Assembly: GCF_018350175.1 (NCBI RefSeq)
Contig: NC_058373.1
Coordinates: 116,500,001-116,564,000, forward strand
DNA from: Felis catus
Taxonomy: Eukaryota
Direction: 5' to 3'
Length of the DNA stretch: 64,000 nucleotides
Within the stretch, counting starts at the first letter, position 1. Every line of letters begins with the position of its first letter. The notes below the pieces were generated by a model. It did not search any database. It worked only from the letters and a program-made list of their open reading frames with translations, and was not told where the DNA came from. The position numbers and the translations under genes were made by a program. Shown one piece after another: positions 48,842-60,110 of this stretch.

Positions 48842-50135
48842 AAGAAGAAATGAGACAACGTAGTCACGCCCTCCCCACAGTTTGGGTTTAGTACCAATAT
48901 ATGGGAGCTCTGATTATGATGGCAGTTGTGCAACAGCATGTATAGGCACATAATAGACACCCAGTCCATGTCAACCGCCATCCTCCCTTCTTACAAGCCT
49001 TCCTAGCTTTTTAGCTTTCCTGGTGGAAAGATACATTTCATTTAGGTTATAATGGTGGGTTCTTGGAAACATATTTCATCTGCGTTACACGGGAACATCC
49101 CATTGCATTATAGTTGTCTTTGTAAAGTTATCCTGAACATTTTCCCCTGGATGTTAGATGGGGGAAGGCTAGGGGGAGGAAAGCTAAGAGCTCCCTGATG
49201 AAGGAGACAGCAGGGGGCAGAGGGAGGAATCAACTTGGGTATCTTCTCAACATAACTTGCTCCCTGCCTGCCTCAGCAAGGACTGCACTAAAGCCAAGTG
49301 TGGCTGGGATTTGTCACTGAGAAGAGTTTAAGAGGGCAGGGTGGGTGCTTATGTAGGAAAAATGTTACCCTTGCTTATCCATGCTTTTTCATTCACACAT
49401 ATTCAATCAAGAGTTTGTTGAAGTTCTTCTGCGTTCCTGCCACTGTCGGTCCTTGGGATTCAAAGGGCAGTCCATTCTCATGAAAGCATGCCAGGTTGAC
49501 AGACGGGTAACAGAAAAGTACAAGTCACCTGTTAAGTGCCAGAATAGAGAGAAGCTGGGGGAGCTTTGTCAAAATATGTTAAAATAATTTTTCTGTGTTT
49601 GCTTCTCCTGTTAGACCTTGAAGGCCAGGACTGTGTCTTTTGCAGTTTTGTATTCCTAGAGCCTAATCTTACATGCATCCTTGAATAAATATGTATTAAG
49701 TTCAGAGCTGGCACAAGGGTAAGGTAGTTTATAAATGGTACATTTCAACTGTCTGTATTTTTGTGGAAATCTCAACCTGATAAATGGAGACACCTGATAA
49801 GTCCTTGATCTATTCTTAGAAGGTAAAAGAAGGAATTGTGACTCACTGATTTATGCTGAGAACTTTGGGTGAAAGTGGCTTCCATTTCTTCATGTTGAAG
49901 AGTCTTACAGCCTAGAATTTTAGAAGGAGGTTTCACAAAGCTCAGAGAAAAGATATGGTACCTCCAAGGCCAGCAGGACTATAAAAAGGAGTATGGTTTC
50001 GTCCAGATGGGTGGGAAGCTCCAAGAAACAAAAGTTGTGATTGTAGATTCCAAATCACGCTGATAAGCAGAAATGGGGCCCGCTTCTGAAGGAGGCAGCA
50101 CAGCTGTTTAGGGCCATTGCAAAAGAAGCCAGATT

Positions 50136-51074
50136 AAAAAAAAAAAAAAATAACAGCTTTATTGATATATAATTGACATACCATAATTAGCCCATTGAAA
50201 ATGCATAATTCACTGGTTTTTAGGATATTCACGGCTTTGTACAACCATCACCACAGCCAGTTTTAGAACATTTATATCACCTCAGAAAGAAGCCCATGCC
50301 CTTTAGCTCTTGCCCCCCCCCACCCCCCCTTCTCGTCGCTTTGGACCTAAGCAAGCACTGATCTACTTGCTGTCTGTCGATGTTTCATACAAATGGAATC
50401 CTATAACATGTGGTCTTCTGTGTCTGGTTTCTTTCACCTAGCATGATGTTTTCAAGGTTCATCCATGTTGTAGCATGCGTCTGTACTTTAGTGCTGAGTA
50501 ATATTCCATTGTATGGCTTTATACCATTTTTTTTATCCATCATTTGATGGACATTTGGGTAGTTTTTACTTTTTGTGTGTTAAGAATCATGCTGCTGTTC
50601 ATGCGGTAAGTTTTTGTGTGCACATGTTTTCATTTCTCTTGAAATTGCTGACTTCTGTAGTAACTCTGTGTTTAACCTGCCAGGCTGTTGTCCAAAGTAG
50701 CTGTACCCTTCTGCTTTCCCACCAGCAGTAGGTGAAAGTTCCAGTTTGTCCACATCCTTGCCAACACTTGTTGCTGTACCGTATGGTGTTTTATTTCAGC
50801 AGTCCTTACAGGTGTGAAGTGGAATCTCATTGTGGAGTCAATTTGCATTTCCTTAATGACCAGTGATGTTGATCATCATGTGTTTATTGGTCACTGTATT
50901 ATCTTCTTTGGAGAAACGTCTGTTCAGATCCTCTGTCCATTCTGAAACTGAGTTATATGTCTTTTTACTGTTGAGACTTAGGAGTTGTTTGCATGCCTTG
51001 AATCCATATCTTTGATCAGGTATGATTTGAAATAATTTTTTCTTATTCTGTGGGTTGTGTTTCTACTTTGTTAG
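50136..51074 (-). mobile_element. Truncated old L1 (L1MB-like)
   Basis: taacagctttattgatatataattgacatac 3' end; TSD gaagccagatt at 50125-50135 and 51075-51085. Confidence 0.88.
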
Positions 51075-51284
51075 GAAGCCAGATTTTAAGTGGCGTACAA
51101 AAGTGAAAGGGGCACATAGTAAGTATGCAGATAAAAGGATAGACCGAATGGTTACAGGTGTTTACAGGTTATATCTAGGATGACCTAGATATAGGTGGGG
51201 AAAAATCTGAAATTACCACAGTGATTTCTACAGACTATTATAAGGATAGTGTATATCAAGTGCATCATAAAGATGAACTCACTG

Positions 51285-52693
51285 TGGCACAAAAACAGAC
51301 ACTCAGATCAATGGAACATAATAGAGAACCCAGAAATGGACGCACAAGTGTATGGCCAACTAATCTTTGACAAAGCAGGAAAGAATATTCAGTGGAATAA
51401 AGACACTCTTTTCAGCAAGTGGTGCTGGGAAAACTGGACAGCGACATGCAGAAAAATGAACCTGGACCACTTTCTGACACCATACACAAAAATAAACTCA
51501 AAATGGATGAAAGACCTAAATATAAGACAGGAAGCCATCAAAATCCTCGAGGAGAAAGTAGGCAAAAGCCTCTTTGATCTTGCCCACAGCAACTTCTTAC
51601 TCAACATGTCTCCAGAGGCAAGGGAAACAAAAGCAACAATGAACTGCTGGGACCTCATCAAAATAAAAAGCTGCATAGCGAAGGAAACAGTCAGCAAAAC
51701 TAAAAGACAACCGACAGGATGGGAGAAGATATTTGCAAATGACACATCAGATAAAGGGTTAGTATCCAAAATCTATAAAGAACTTGTCAAACTCTACACC
51801 CCAAAACCAAATAATACAGTGAAGAAATGGGCAAAAGACATGAATAGACACTTCTCCAAGGAAGACATCCAGATGGCCAACCGACACATGAAAAAATGCT
51901 CAACATCACTCATCATCAGGGAAATACAAATCAAAACCACAATGAGATACCATCTCACATCTGTCAGAATGGCTAACATGAACAACTCAGGCAACAACAG
52001 ATGTTGGCGAGGATGCAGAGAAAGAGGATCTCTTTTGCACTGTTGCTGGGAATGCAGACTGGTGCAGCCACTCTGGAAAACAGTATGGAGGTTCCTCAAA
52101 AATTAAGTAGAACTACCCTGCAACCCAGCAGTTGCACTACTAGGTATTTATCCAAGGGATACAGGTGTGCTGTTTTGAAGGGACACATGCACCCCAATGT
52201 TTATAGCAGCACTATCAACAATAGCCAAAGTATGGAAAGAGCCCAAATGTGCATCAATGGATGAATGGATAAAGAAGATGTGGTACATATATATGATGGA
52301 GTATTACTCGGCAATCAAAAAGAAAAGAATGAAATCTTTCCATTTGCAACTATGTGGATGGAACTAGATGGTATTACGCTAGGCAAAATTAGTCAGAGAA
52401 AGACAAATATCGTATGACTTCGCTCATATGAGGACTTTAAGACAGAACAGATGAACACAAGGGAAGGGAAGCAAAAATAATATAAAAACAGGGATGCGGA
52501 CAAAACAGAAGAGACTCATAAATATGGAGAACAAACTGAGGGTTGCTGGAGGGGTTGTGGGAGGAGGGATGGGCTGAATGGGTAAGGGGCATTAGAAATC
52601 TACCCCTAAAATCACTGTTGCACTATATGCTAACTAACTTGTATGTATATTTAAAAAAAAAAAAGAATGTTTTAATCGTAAAAAAAAAAAAAA
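51285..52693 (+). mobile_element. 5'-truncated feline-type L1 (~1.4 kb; ORF2 C-terminal region, 3' UTR, A tail)
   Basis: ORF 51249-52106 has [41 protein letters not shown] (ORF2 cysteine-rich tail), frameshifted after WRFLK; imperfect TSD aaagatga..ctca. Confidence 0.95.
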
Positions 52694-52699
52694 AAGATG

Positions 52700-53400
52700 A
52701 GGCTCAGTAAATCATCAGAAAATGAATACCTCTGTGTAATCACACGGGGTGAGAACGAGAACACCACCAGCCCCCTGAAGCCTTCTCATGTATGTTTGCC
52801 ATCACTAGCCTCCATCTTCCCCAGAGGTAACCACCCTCAACTTCTAACACCATAAATTTGTTTTTAAAGATTTTTGAAATTTGTAGAAATGGGATCCTAA
52901 AGTGCGTTTTCATTTGTGCCTGGTTTCTGTTGTTTAACTTGTAAAATCTATCCATGTGTTGCTTCTAACTATAGTTCTTTTTAAGTACTCTGTAGTTTTT
53001 CATTGTATGAATATACAACTGTTTATATATTCTATTCTTAAATTTTTTAAAATGTTTATTGTTTATTTTTGAGAAGGGGAGAGAGAGAGAGAGAGCGAGC
53101 AAAAGAGCGAGCAGGGGAGAGGCAGAGAGGGAGACACAGAGTCTGAAGCAGGCTTCAGGCTCTGAGCTATCAGACAGAGCCTGATACAGGGCTCGAACTC
53201 ACGAACTGCAGGCTCATGACCTGAGCCAGAGTTGGATGCTTAACAGGCACCCCTATATATTGTACTCTTGATGGATATTTGAGTTTCAGTTTCCTATCTT
53301 TGTTCTGCCCTTTGAGGTGCAAATGGGCATACATTTCTGTTGGATATATATCTAAGAGTGGACTTGATGTGACAAAGAGAGTATTTGTGTTCGACTTTAA
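52700..53400 (-). mobile_element. Ancient L1ME-like fragment hosting the younger L1 and a SINE
   Basis: cccagaggtaaccaccctcaacttctaacaccata..cattgtatgaatataca..ttgatggatatttgagtt. Confidence 0.65.
53043..53253 (-). mobile_element. Can-SINE
   Basis: Imperfect TSD tatatatt(c/g)ta(t/c)tctt. Confidence 0.92.
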
Positions 53401-53859
53401 TAAACATAAGTTATATGCAAATTGGTTTTCAGTCTATAAAACAAGATGAGGAAGAAGAAAGAAGCTAGACCGTTTAATCTTATTAAAGGAGGGAGTTAAG
53501 AGTCATTCACTCTTTCCTCTGCTGTTTTCTCTAGCAAAGAAAGTGGTTTTCAGACAGAGAATGGTAGAATACAAAAGATACAGTAAAGGGAGAGAGTTCT
53601 CATTCAGTTAAAGAAGTGAGTTGTTTCCTAGCATACCGAAAACCCTGCAGTTATTTTCAAGGAACCCGCTTGGAAACCTCAAGGTGAGAAGGTGAGAGAA
53701 ACTCCTGAAACCAGTGTTTTTGTTTTCTAAAGAAAGGAGCGTGGATTAAGTTTCATGTGAATTTCTGGCAGAAATCGAGTCTAGGTTTAAACAGGTGATT
53801 TGATAACACTGAGAGACAGAGGTAGTGGTTATCTGGAGCCAGGATGGTTTCTGTCATTC

Positions 53860-54540
53860 CAAAAATATTTATTCTTCCAATTCCCAGAGGGTCCTGATAA
53901 TCCTGGTGCCAGAAATACACAGGTGAATGTTAAGGTCCCGGTTTAGGATATTAGCTTGTAGCAAATTTTCATGGCGCATTTCCTTGCGTGCATCCTTTAA
54001 ATGGCTCAATGTGGGGAAAACAGATTCTGGTAAGTAAGTAATTACAAAATGTATGCAGAGTGCCCATAAATCAGGTCATAAGGTGCTTTGTGACCCGGGG
54101 AAGGAGAGGGGAGAAGAGGAAGTCTTTGAAGAGGTGAGGTTACTTCTAAAATGGGAAGAGTGGATAAGGTGGGGAGGGCAGGTACCAGCTAGCGTGGGTG
54201 TAAGAGCATTTCTGCTATCCTGGGTAAAGTGATTAGGAGAAGCTTTCTACAAACGGGAAGATGTGGCTGGCTGACCACTGATTGGCCTCACAGTGAAAAT
54301 CTTTGCGTGTCATGCTGAGGAGTTGGGACTTTTATCTTACAGGCTAGAGTAGCTCCGGAAAGATTTAAAATATCCCTGGAGCAGACAGAGCGGATTTGCA
54401 CTTAAAAAGTTTGCTAATAAAAAGTACTAATCTGAACCTAGGGCAACAGGAAGCTCTTACAAGAGCCAAGGTAGGGAGTCCACAGGCGGGGAGGCCAAGA
54501 ACAGGAACAGATTCTAGAGGGATTTAGGAGAGACTAAAAT
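53860..54540 (-). mobile_element. L2 fragment
   Basis: cattccaaaaatatttatt..catgctgaggagttgggacttttatct. Confidence 0.6.
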
Positions 54541-54751
54541 AAGTCATTCTGTGCTAATTTTGCATTCTTTTTAAAAATACATTTTAAGAAGGTTGGATAG
54601 GTTATTAGTTAAGGGACTGCTGTCTTTTTATTTCAGCAGTGTCTAGTTTAACAAAATGCAGTTCTTATGAGTGAGATGGAAATATGAACTGGGTGTTTGG
54701 TGGGTTTGTAGCTTGTTGAAGAAATATACTTTACAAATAGGTTTAAAAAAA

Positions 54752-54925
54752 ATGTTTAGAGTTTTGAGAGCGCCAATGGGGGAGGGGCAGAGAGAGGAGA
54801 AAGAGGATCCAAAGGGGGCTCTGAAGGGGACAGCAGTGTGCCTGATGCCGGGCTCAGTCTCAAGCATCTTGAGATCATGACCTGGGCTGAAGTCTGACAC
54901 TCAACCTGAGCCACCCAGGTGCCCC
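54752..54925 (-). mobile_element. Degenerate Can-SINE
   Basis: gagatcatgacctgggctgaagtc..gccacccaggtgcccc. Confidence 0.85.
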
Positions 54926-55007
54926 TAAAATAATAGTTTTAATGGATTTGTGTCATCTGGAATGGAAACCTTTCCTGTTGTGCTGGACTCTTTATTTCTC
55001 TGGGTTA

Positions 55008-55199
55008 TTCATTTTTGAGTGACAGAGAGAGACAGAGCGTGAGTGGGGGAGGAGCAGAGAGAGAGGGAGACACAGAATCCAAAGCAGGCTCCAGGCTCTG
55101 AACTGTCGGCACAGAGCCTGATGCGGGGCTCGAACTCACTGTGAGCGAGATCATGAGCTGAAGTTGGATGCTTAACCAACTGAGCCACATAGGTGGCCC
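55008..55199 (-). mobile_element. Can-SINE
   Basis: Typical reverse-strand body. Confidence 0.9.
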
Positions 55200-55219
55200 T
55201 TTGGGTTACAACTTTTATC

Positions 55220-55362
55220 TTTTTTTTTTTTTTAACACAGTTTTGTTTTTGTTTTTGTTTTTGTTTTTTTTTTACACACTAAGCCCTATGCCCAACATGG
55301 GGCTTGAACTTACAAAACTGAAATCAAGATTCGCATGCTTTACTAAGTCAGCCAGGTGCCCC
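55220..55362 (-). mobile_element. Short Can-SINE
   Basis: cccaacatggggcttgaac..gccaggtgcccc; TSD-like acaactt(tt)atct. Confidence 0.8.
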
Positions 55363-55479
55363 ACAACTTATCTCTTTTATCACAATGGTTTTATTGTTGG
55401 CAAATGTACATGTGAAGCAAAATTAGAAAGGTAAGGTAATGCAGTTGACAGAATCAAGGTTTTAAAATACACGTGTTCT

Positions 55480-55688
55480 GGGGTGCCTGTGTGGCTCAGT
55501 CACTTAAACATCTAACTCTTGGTTTTGGCCCAGGTCATGGTTTTGTGAGTTTGAGCCCCTGCGTCGAGCTCTGTGCTGACAATGTGGAGCTTGCTTGGGA
55601 TTCTCTCTCTCCCTCTCTCCCTGCCCCTTGCCCCCCAACTTGCACTGTCTCTCTCTCAAAATAAATAAATAAACTTAAAAAAAAAAAA
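55480..55688 (+). mobile_element. Can-SINE
   Basis: Typical body and tail. Confidence 0.9.
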
Positions 55689-55734
55689 GGAAGATGCACA
55701 TTCAAGGAGGTGAAATTGGAGGGGGCAGAAATTT

Positions 55735-55884
55735 TATTCTTTCATATTTGAAGCATAATATGTACAAGTACATAAATATACAGTATATATCTGTGGTATT
55801 AACATTTCATGGGGGAGCATGATTAAGGAAAATGTCTAAAACGTCTTCTTAGGGAGTGATAACAAAAAAAGGTTGAGAACACTG
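55735..55884. mobile_element. hAT-Charlie-type DNA transposon end
   Basis: atttcatgggggag..aaaatgtctaaaa..aaaaaaggttgagaacactg (recall, MER113-like). Confidence 0.55.
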
Positions 55885-55905
55885 CTTCAAAAGAATTCAA
55901 GGGTT

Positions 55906-56022
55906 GGGGTGCCTGGCTGGCTCAGTCGGTGGAGCATGCAACTCTTTGATCTTGGGGTTGTAAGTTCAAGCCCCACATTGGGTGTAGAGATTACTTAAAA
56001 ATAAAAATAAATCTAAAAAAAA
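55906..56022 (+). mobile_element. Short old Can-SINE
   Basis: Same type as the copy at 18104; imperfect TSD ending aagggtt. Confidence 0.87.
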
Positions 56023-56140
56023 AAAGGATTTAAAGGGTTGGAATGGTGTGCTAAAATCTGTGGTGGTAGTGGGTGGAGAGACACCTGAAAATGTCTACAT
56101 TTAGGACCAAAGACCCTGTTATAAGATTGGAATATTTCTT

Positions 56141-56345
56141 TAAAAAAATTTTTTTTTTAATGTTTATTTATTTTTGAGACAGCGACACAACATGAATGGG
56201 GGAGGGTCAGAGAGAGGGAGATCCAGAATCTGACAGGCTCCAGGCTGTCAGCACAGAGCCGGACGTGGGGCTTGAACTCACAGACTGTGAGATCATGACC
56301 TGAGCTGAAGTCGGATGCTTAACCGACTGAACCACCCAGGCGCCC
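56141..56345 (-). mobile_element. Can-SINE
   Basis: 18-bp TSD aagattggaatatttctt at 56123-56140 and 56346-56363. Confidence 0.95.
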
Positions 56346-56754
56346 AAGATTGGAATATTTCTTGACTTATATGCTTATGTGGAGGAAGGAAAAAAAATAG
56401 TGTTAAGTTTCTTTGTTAATTTTATTTGACCTTAAACTCACTATGAGTCTGCAAGGTGGATTTTGCTAAGAAACAAGTTAATGCAGCCTTAGGCTTCATT
56501 TATAAAAATGGATGTTACAGAACTTTAGAGTGTTAGCATTGTATTGTACCTCAAACTGGCCAGAACCTGATCTGGAAATCTGAAAAGTGGGAGCGTCCAG
56601 TGGATGATCAGGAAGATGAGAGGTCCCAGAACCACGTGGAGAAATGTGAACGAAGCCAGAACAGAACTGGCTTTTTGTTCAGTGTACCACAACGACTGTA
56701 AGAATTAATGGCTCGAATCCACAAACAATTGAACTGGGCAAGGCTGTATAATTA

Positions 56755-57070
56755 ATAAATGAATGAAATCAGTATTTATTAAGTGCCTGCTATCGACGCT
56801 AGGCATTGTTCTAGGCACTGGGGACTCAGTACACGCTCAGCAAAATGGACAAAATACTTGTGCTCATGGAGCGTAGTGTTTAGTGCATGGAGACCGACAA
56901 TAAACAAGGTAAGTTTGTAAAGTATATCCAGTAGGTGAAATAGTATTCCGGTATTGACAAGTACTGAGGAGGAAAAGTAAAGGGTGGAGGAAGGATGTAA
57001 AATATTGGGGAGTGGTGGACATGTTCGTGAAGCCAGGCCAGAGAAAGCCTTATTGAGAAGGTGATTGAAA
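56755..57070 (-). mobile_element. L2 3' fragment
   Basis: tatttattaagtgcctgctat..aggcattgttctaggcactggggact. Confidence 0.75.
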
Positions 57071-57084
57071 ACAAAACAAAACAG

Positions 57085-57780
57085 AACTTTATATTACAGT
57101 ATAAAGAACATAAAGAGTGCAAAAAGCACAAGTATGCAGTGGGATGAGTTTTCTTGAAGTGAACACGTTTGTGTCATCAGCACTCAGATTAAGAATAGAA
57201 TGTTACTAGCCCCTCAGAAGGCTCAGTCACCCCTTCCCAAAGTATTACCCCATTGATCACTAATTCCAGAACTTGCTATTGGCCTGTTTGTGAGCTCTGT
57301 ATTAATGTAATCATGTGCAGTATATTCTTTTGTTTCTGGCTTCTTTCATTCAACATGGTTTGTGAGATTCATCCATGATCTTCCAAGTATTTGTAGTTCA
57401 TTCATTTTTGTTGCTGTAGAGCTTTCCGTTGTATGATGATGATTCCTCGGCAAGTGAATAGTGCTCCCTTTTCTGTGTTTGTCTCTGGTGAAGACGTCTG
57501 TGGGGGATGTAATTAGAAGTGGACTTGCTGGGTCGTGTGGTATGAGTCTGTTCATTTTCGTAGATACTGAGAAACAGCTTTCCAAAGTGGTTATCCACCG
57601 GCATGGTGTGGGAGCTCCACATTCTTGACAACACTTGATATTTATTGCCTGCCATTTAACTAGCTGTTCTGGTGGGTGTTAGAGGTATTCCACTGTGGCT
57701 TTAATGTGCATTTCCCTGTAGATTTAGGGCAGGTGAGGACTTTTTCATATGTTTATTGGCCGTTGTGATACCACTTTTTG
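57085..57780 (-). mobile_element. Ancient L1ME-like fragment
   Basis: ttctggcttctttcattcaacatggtttgtgagattcatccatg..gcatttccctg..tttttcatatgtttattggcc. Confidence 0.78.
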
Positions 57781-59714
57781 GGGCGATGGAAATGTTCTGT
57801 ATCTTCATTGTGGTAGCGAGAGGTGGTTGGTTACGGATGCGTTCTGAGAGCAAGGCTGACATGATATGTTTATGATCTGGAAATGGGGTGGGGAAAAGAG
57901 CAGCCAGGAATGGCATTAGGTTCTATTTTTATTTTTTGCCTTAGCAACCTGAAGGAGGGGAGGTGGGACGTTGGAGATAGATAGAGAAGGTGCAGAAAAT
58001 CTGGAGCAGTGGTACCAGACTTGCATGTTACAGACCTAATTTAAAAAAATTTTCAGCATTTTACGAAGAAAGGCCATTTGGATACGAAAAGAATAGAAAG
58101 GACATGGTCTCAAAATAAAGAGCAACCCTTTCAGTTGCACAAATGTAGCTAGCTTTATGAAATACTCATAAACGATCCCCTCACCCCTTATCTCCCTGAG
58201 GACCTACACTTGTGGGCATTGGTTTGCAGACTAACTTTGGAACCCACTTATCTGTAGTATTCCATACGTATTTTTTGTCTTCGATATTACTGATGAATGA
58301 GCATCATCTCTATCCTTAAACTTGCAGTAGATTGAGGTTAGAGTCTAAATATGAGAAGCCATAAAAAAAGCTTCAAAGCAGGCCATGTGTCATTTCTAGC
58401 CCAGAAATACTCCATTTCTTAAAAAAAGAGCCAGAGCAAGAGCCAGGTGCATCTCAAGGGCACATATGGTGCACGTGTAATCATAGTAAAGCTCTGAACT
58501 CATCTTAGAAGTTACTAAGAAGTTCCTTGCCTTGAAGCTCTATGAAATTATTGTTTCTCAGATTTTGTTTTGAAGAAGCCAAGCTCGGAGTTTTCTTTAG
58601 CAAGTTCATTTGCCTCATCCTTAGGGGAAAGTACCATTATTTTTGACTATTGTGTATTTCCATTCTCCCCACCACCAGTGTGAAGTTAGCTAAGTGTGCT
58701 GCAGAGCATTAGCTAAAAGCAGTTCAGGGCAGCTGGAGTCGCTCTGAGTGCCTGTGACCCAGAGTGTGGTGGGCGCTAACTTCAGCAGACCTGTCTGGAA
58801 TCTCTGTTCATGCATACTTGTGCTGTCCTTTGAATCGAATACCCACTCTCAATTTGGCAGAGCTGAGTCGCCTTCTGAATGAGTATCATTGTCATTAATT
58901 GGCTTCAGAAGTGCGTAAGTGATCTTTTACAGAAAAGTTTTGCCTTTGAGTATTACCTGAGAAATATTTTGTGTAGTTTGATAATATAGAGTAATTTGAT
59001 TATTCAGAGATATCAGATGTCCTTTGCAAGATTCTCCTGCCATTTCAAAGAAAAGTATTACTAACCACTGATTACTTTTCTCATCTTTGTCAACTGATTT
59101 TATGGGACTTAATGTCTTCCTACCAAGAAGAGAGTTTTATTTTAATACATGCAATCACTTCTTGGTGTTTCCAGTCTGCTTTTGGTGTGAGATAAGAGGG
59201 TAATATTTTAGTTACCTGATGTGCCTGTGGTTTTAACATTTTGGTCTTGCCCCGAGGGATGGGTGAAGGTAAGTGAAAAGTTCATTGCTGCTTTGTGAAT
59301 TAAGTTGTGCCTTGGCACAGAGTGCTGATCATTTTGGCGTTGCAACACGGTATTAGATCACCTTGTCTGCAGTTTGGGAATGTTTGGGAAAGTGCAGTCT
59401 TCTCCATAAACTTGAGCTGGTATAGAAAGTGATGTTTATTGTATCCTGTCCTCAAATATCTCGCCAAGTTACTGTCATCAGACTCTTTATTGATAGAAAA
59501 TTAGTTAGGCAAAAATCATTTTCTTCTCCTTGCGTAGCAGAGGTGATGAAATTTATGAGAAAGTGCATATAAGGGAAGGTTGGAAGTGTTGATTATGGAT
59601 TTGAGCCCTGGCTGGAAACAAAGAACGCTTGACTTACAGTGGAATGTTCAGTGTGTTACTCGTGTCTTTCAATCTCAGCTCTTGTATATGGAAATAATGA
59701 AAGGGATATGTGCC

Positions 59715-60110
59715 GTGTGAATTGGTCAGGGTTTTTGGTTACAGATACTCAGATCTATTCTACTGAGTGTAAGCAGAAGGGGATTTATGAGGGGTGATAG
59801 GCAGCTTAGCAAATCGTCGGGAGGGCTGAAGAAAGAGCCCATAGGCTGAATTTCTGGGAATGGTGGTCAGTGCTGCACCGTGGAACTGGCCCTGTGAGGG
59901 GGCTGCTTCCCCTGCCTGAGTCAGGATTCTCCAAATCAGGAAGCCAGAGCCAGGATCCCTCCACGCTGCCAGCAGAGTGGCTGCTTCCCCCTTGCTTCTG
60001 TTCCCACGTGATGTGACTCTGTCCTGAAGGAGTCCCATGTGGTACGTGTGGTTGGCAGAACCTAATTCACAAGCCTTGCCAATACTGTAGGGCAAAGAAA
60101 GCTAGAAACC
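59715..60110 (-). mobile_element. Possible old MaLR LTR
   Basis: tggtcagggtttttggttacaga..taagcagaaggggatttatg resembles old MLT1 ends (recall). Confidence 0.45.

Noticed and set aside
51249..52106. 285-aa ORF as a host gene
   Set aside because: It is the C-terminal part of L1 ORF2 in a truncated, frameshifted copy, with a non-ATG start in flanking sequence
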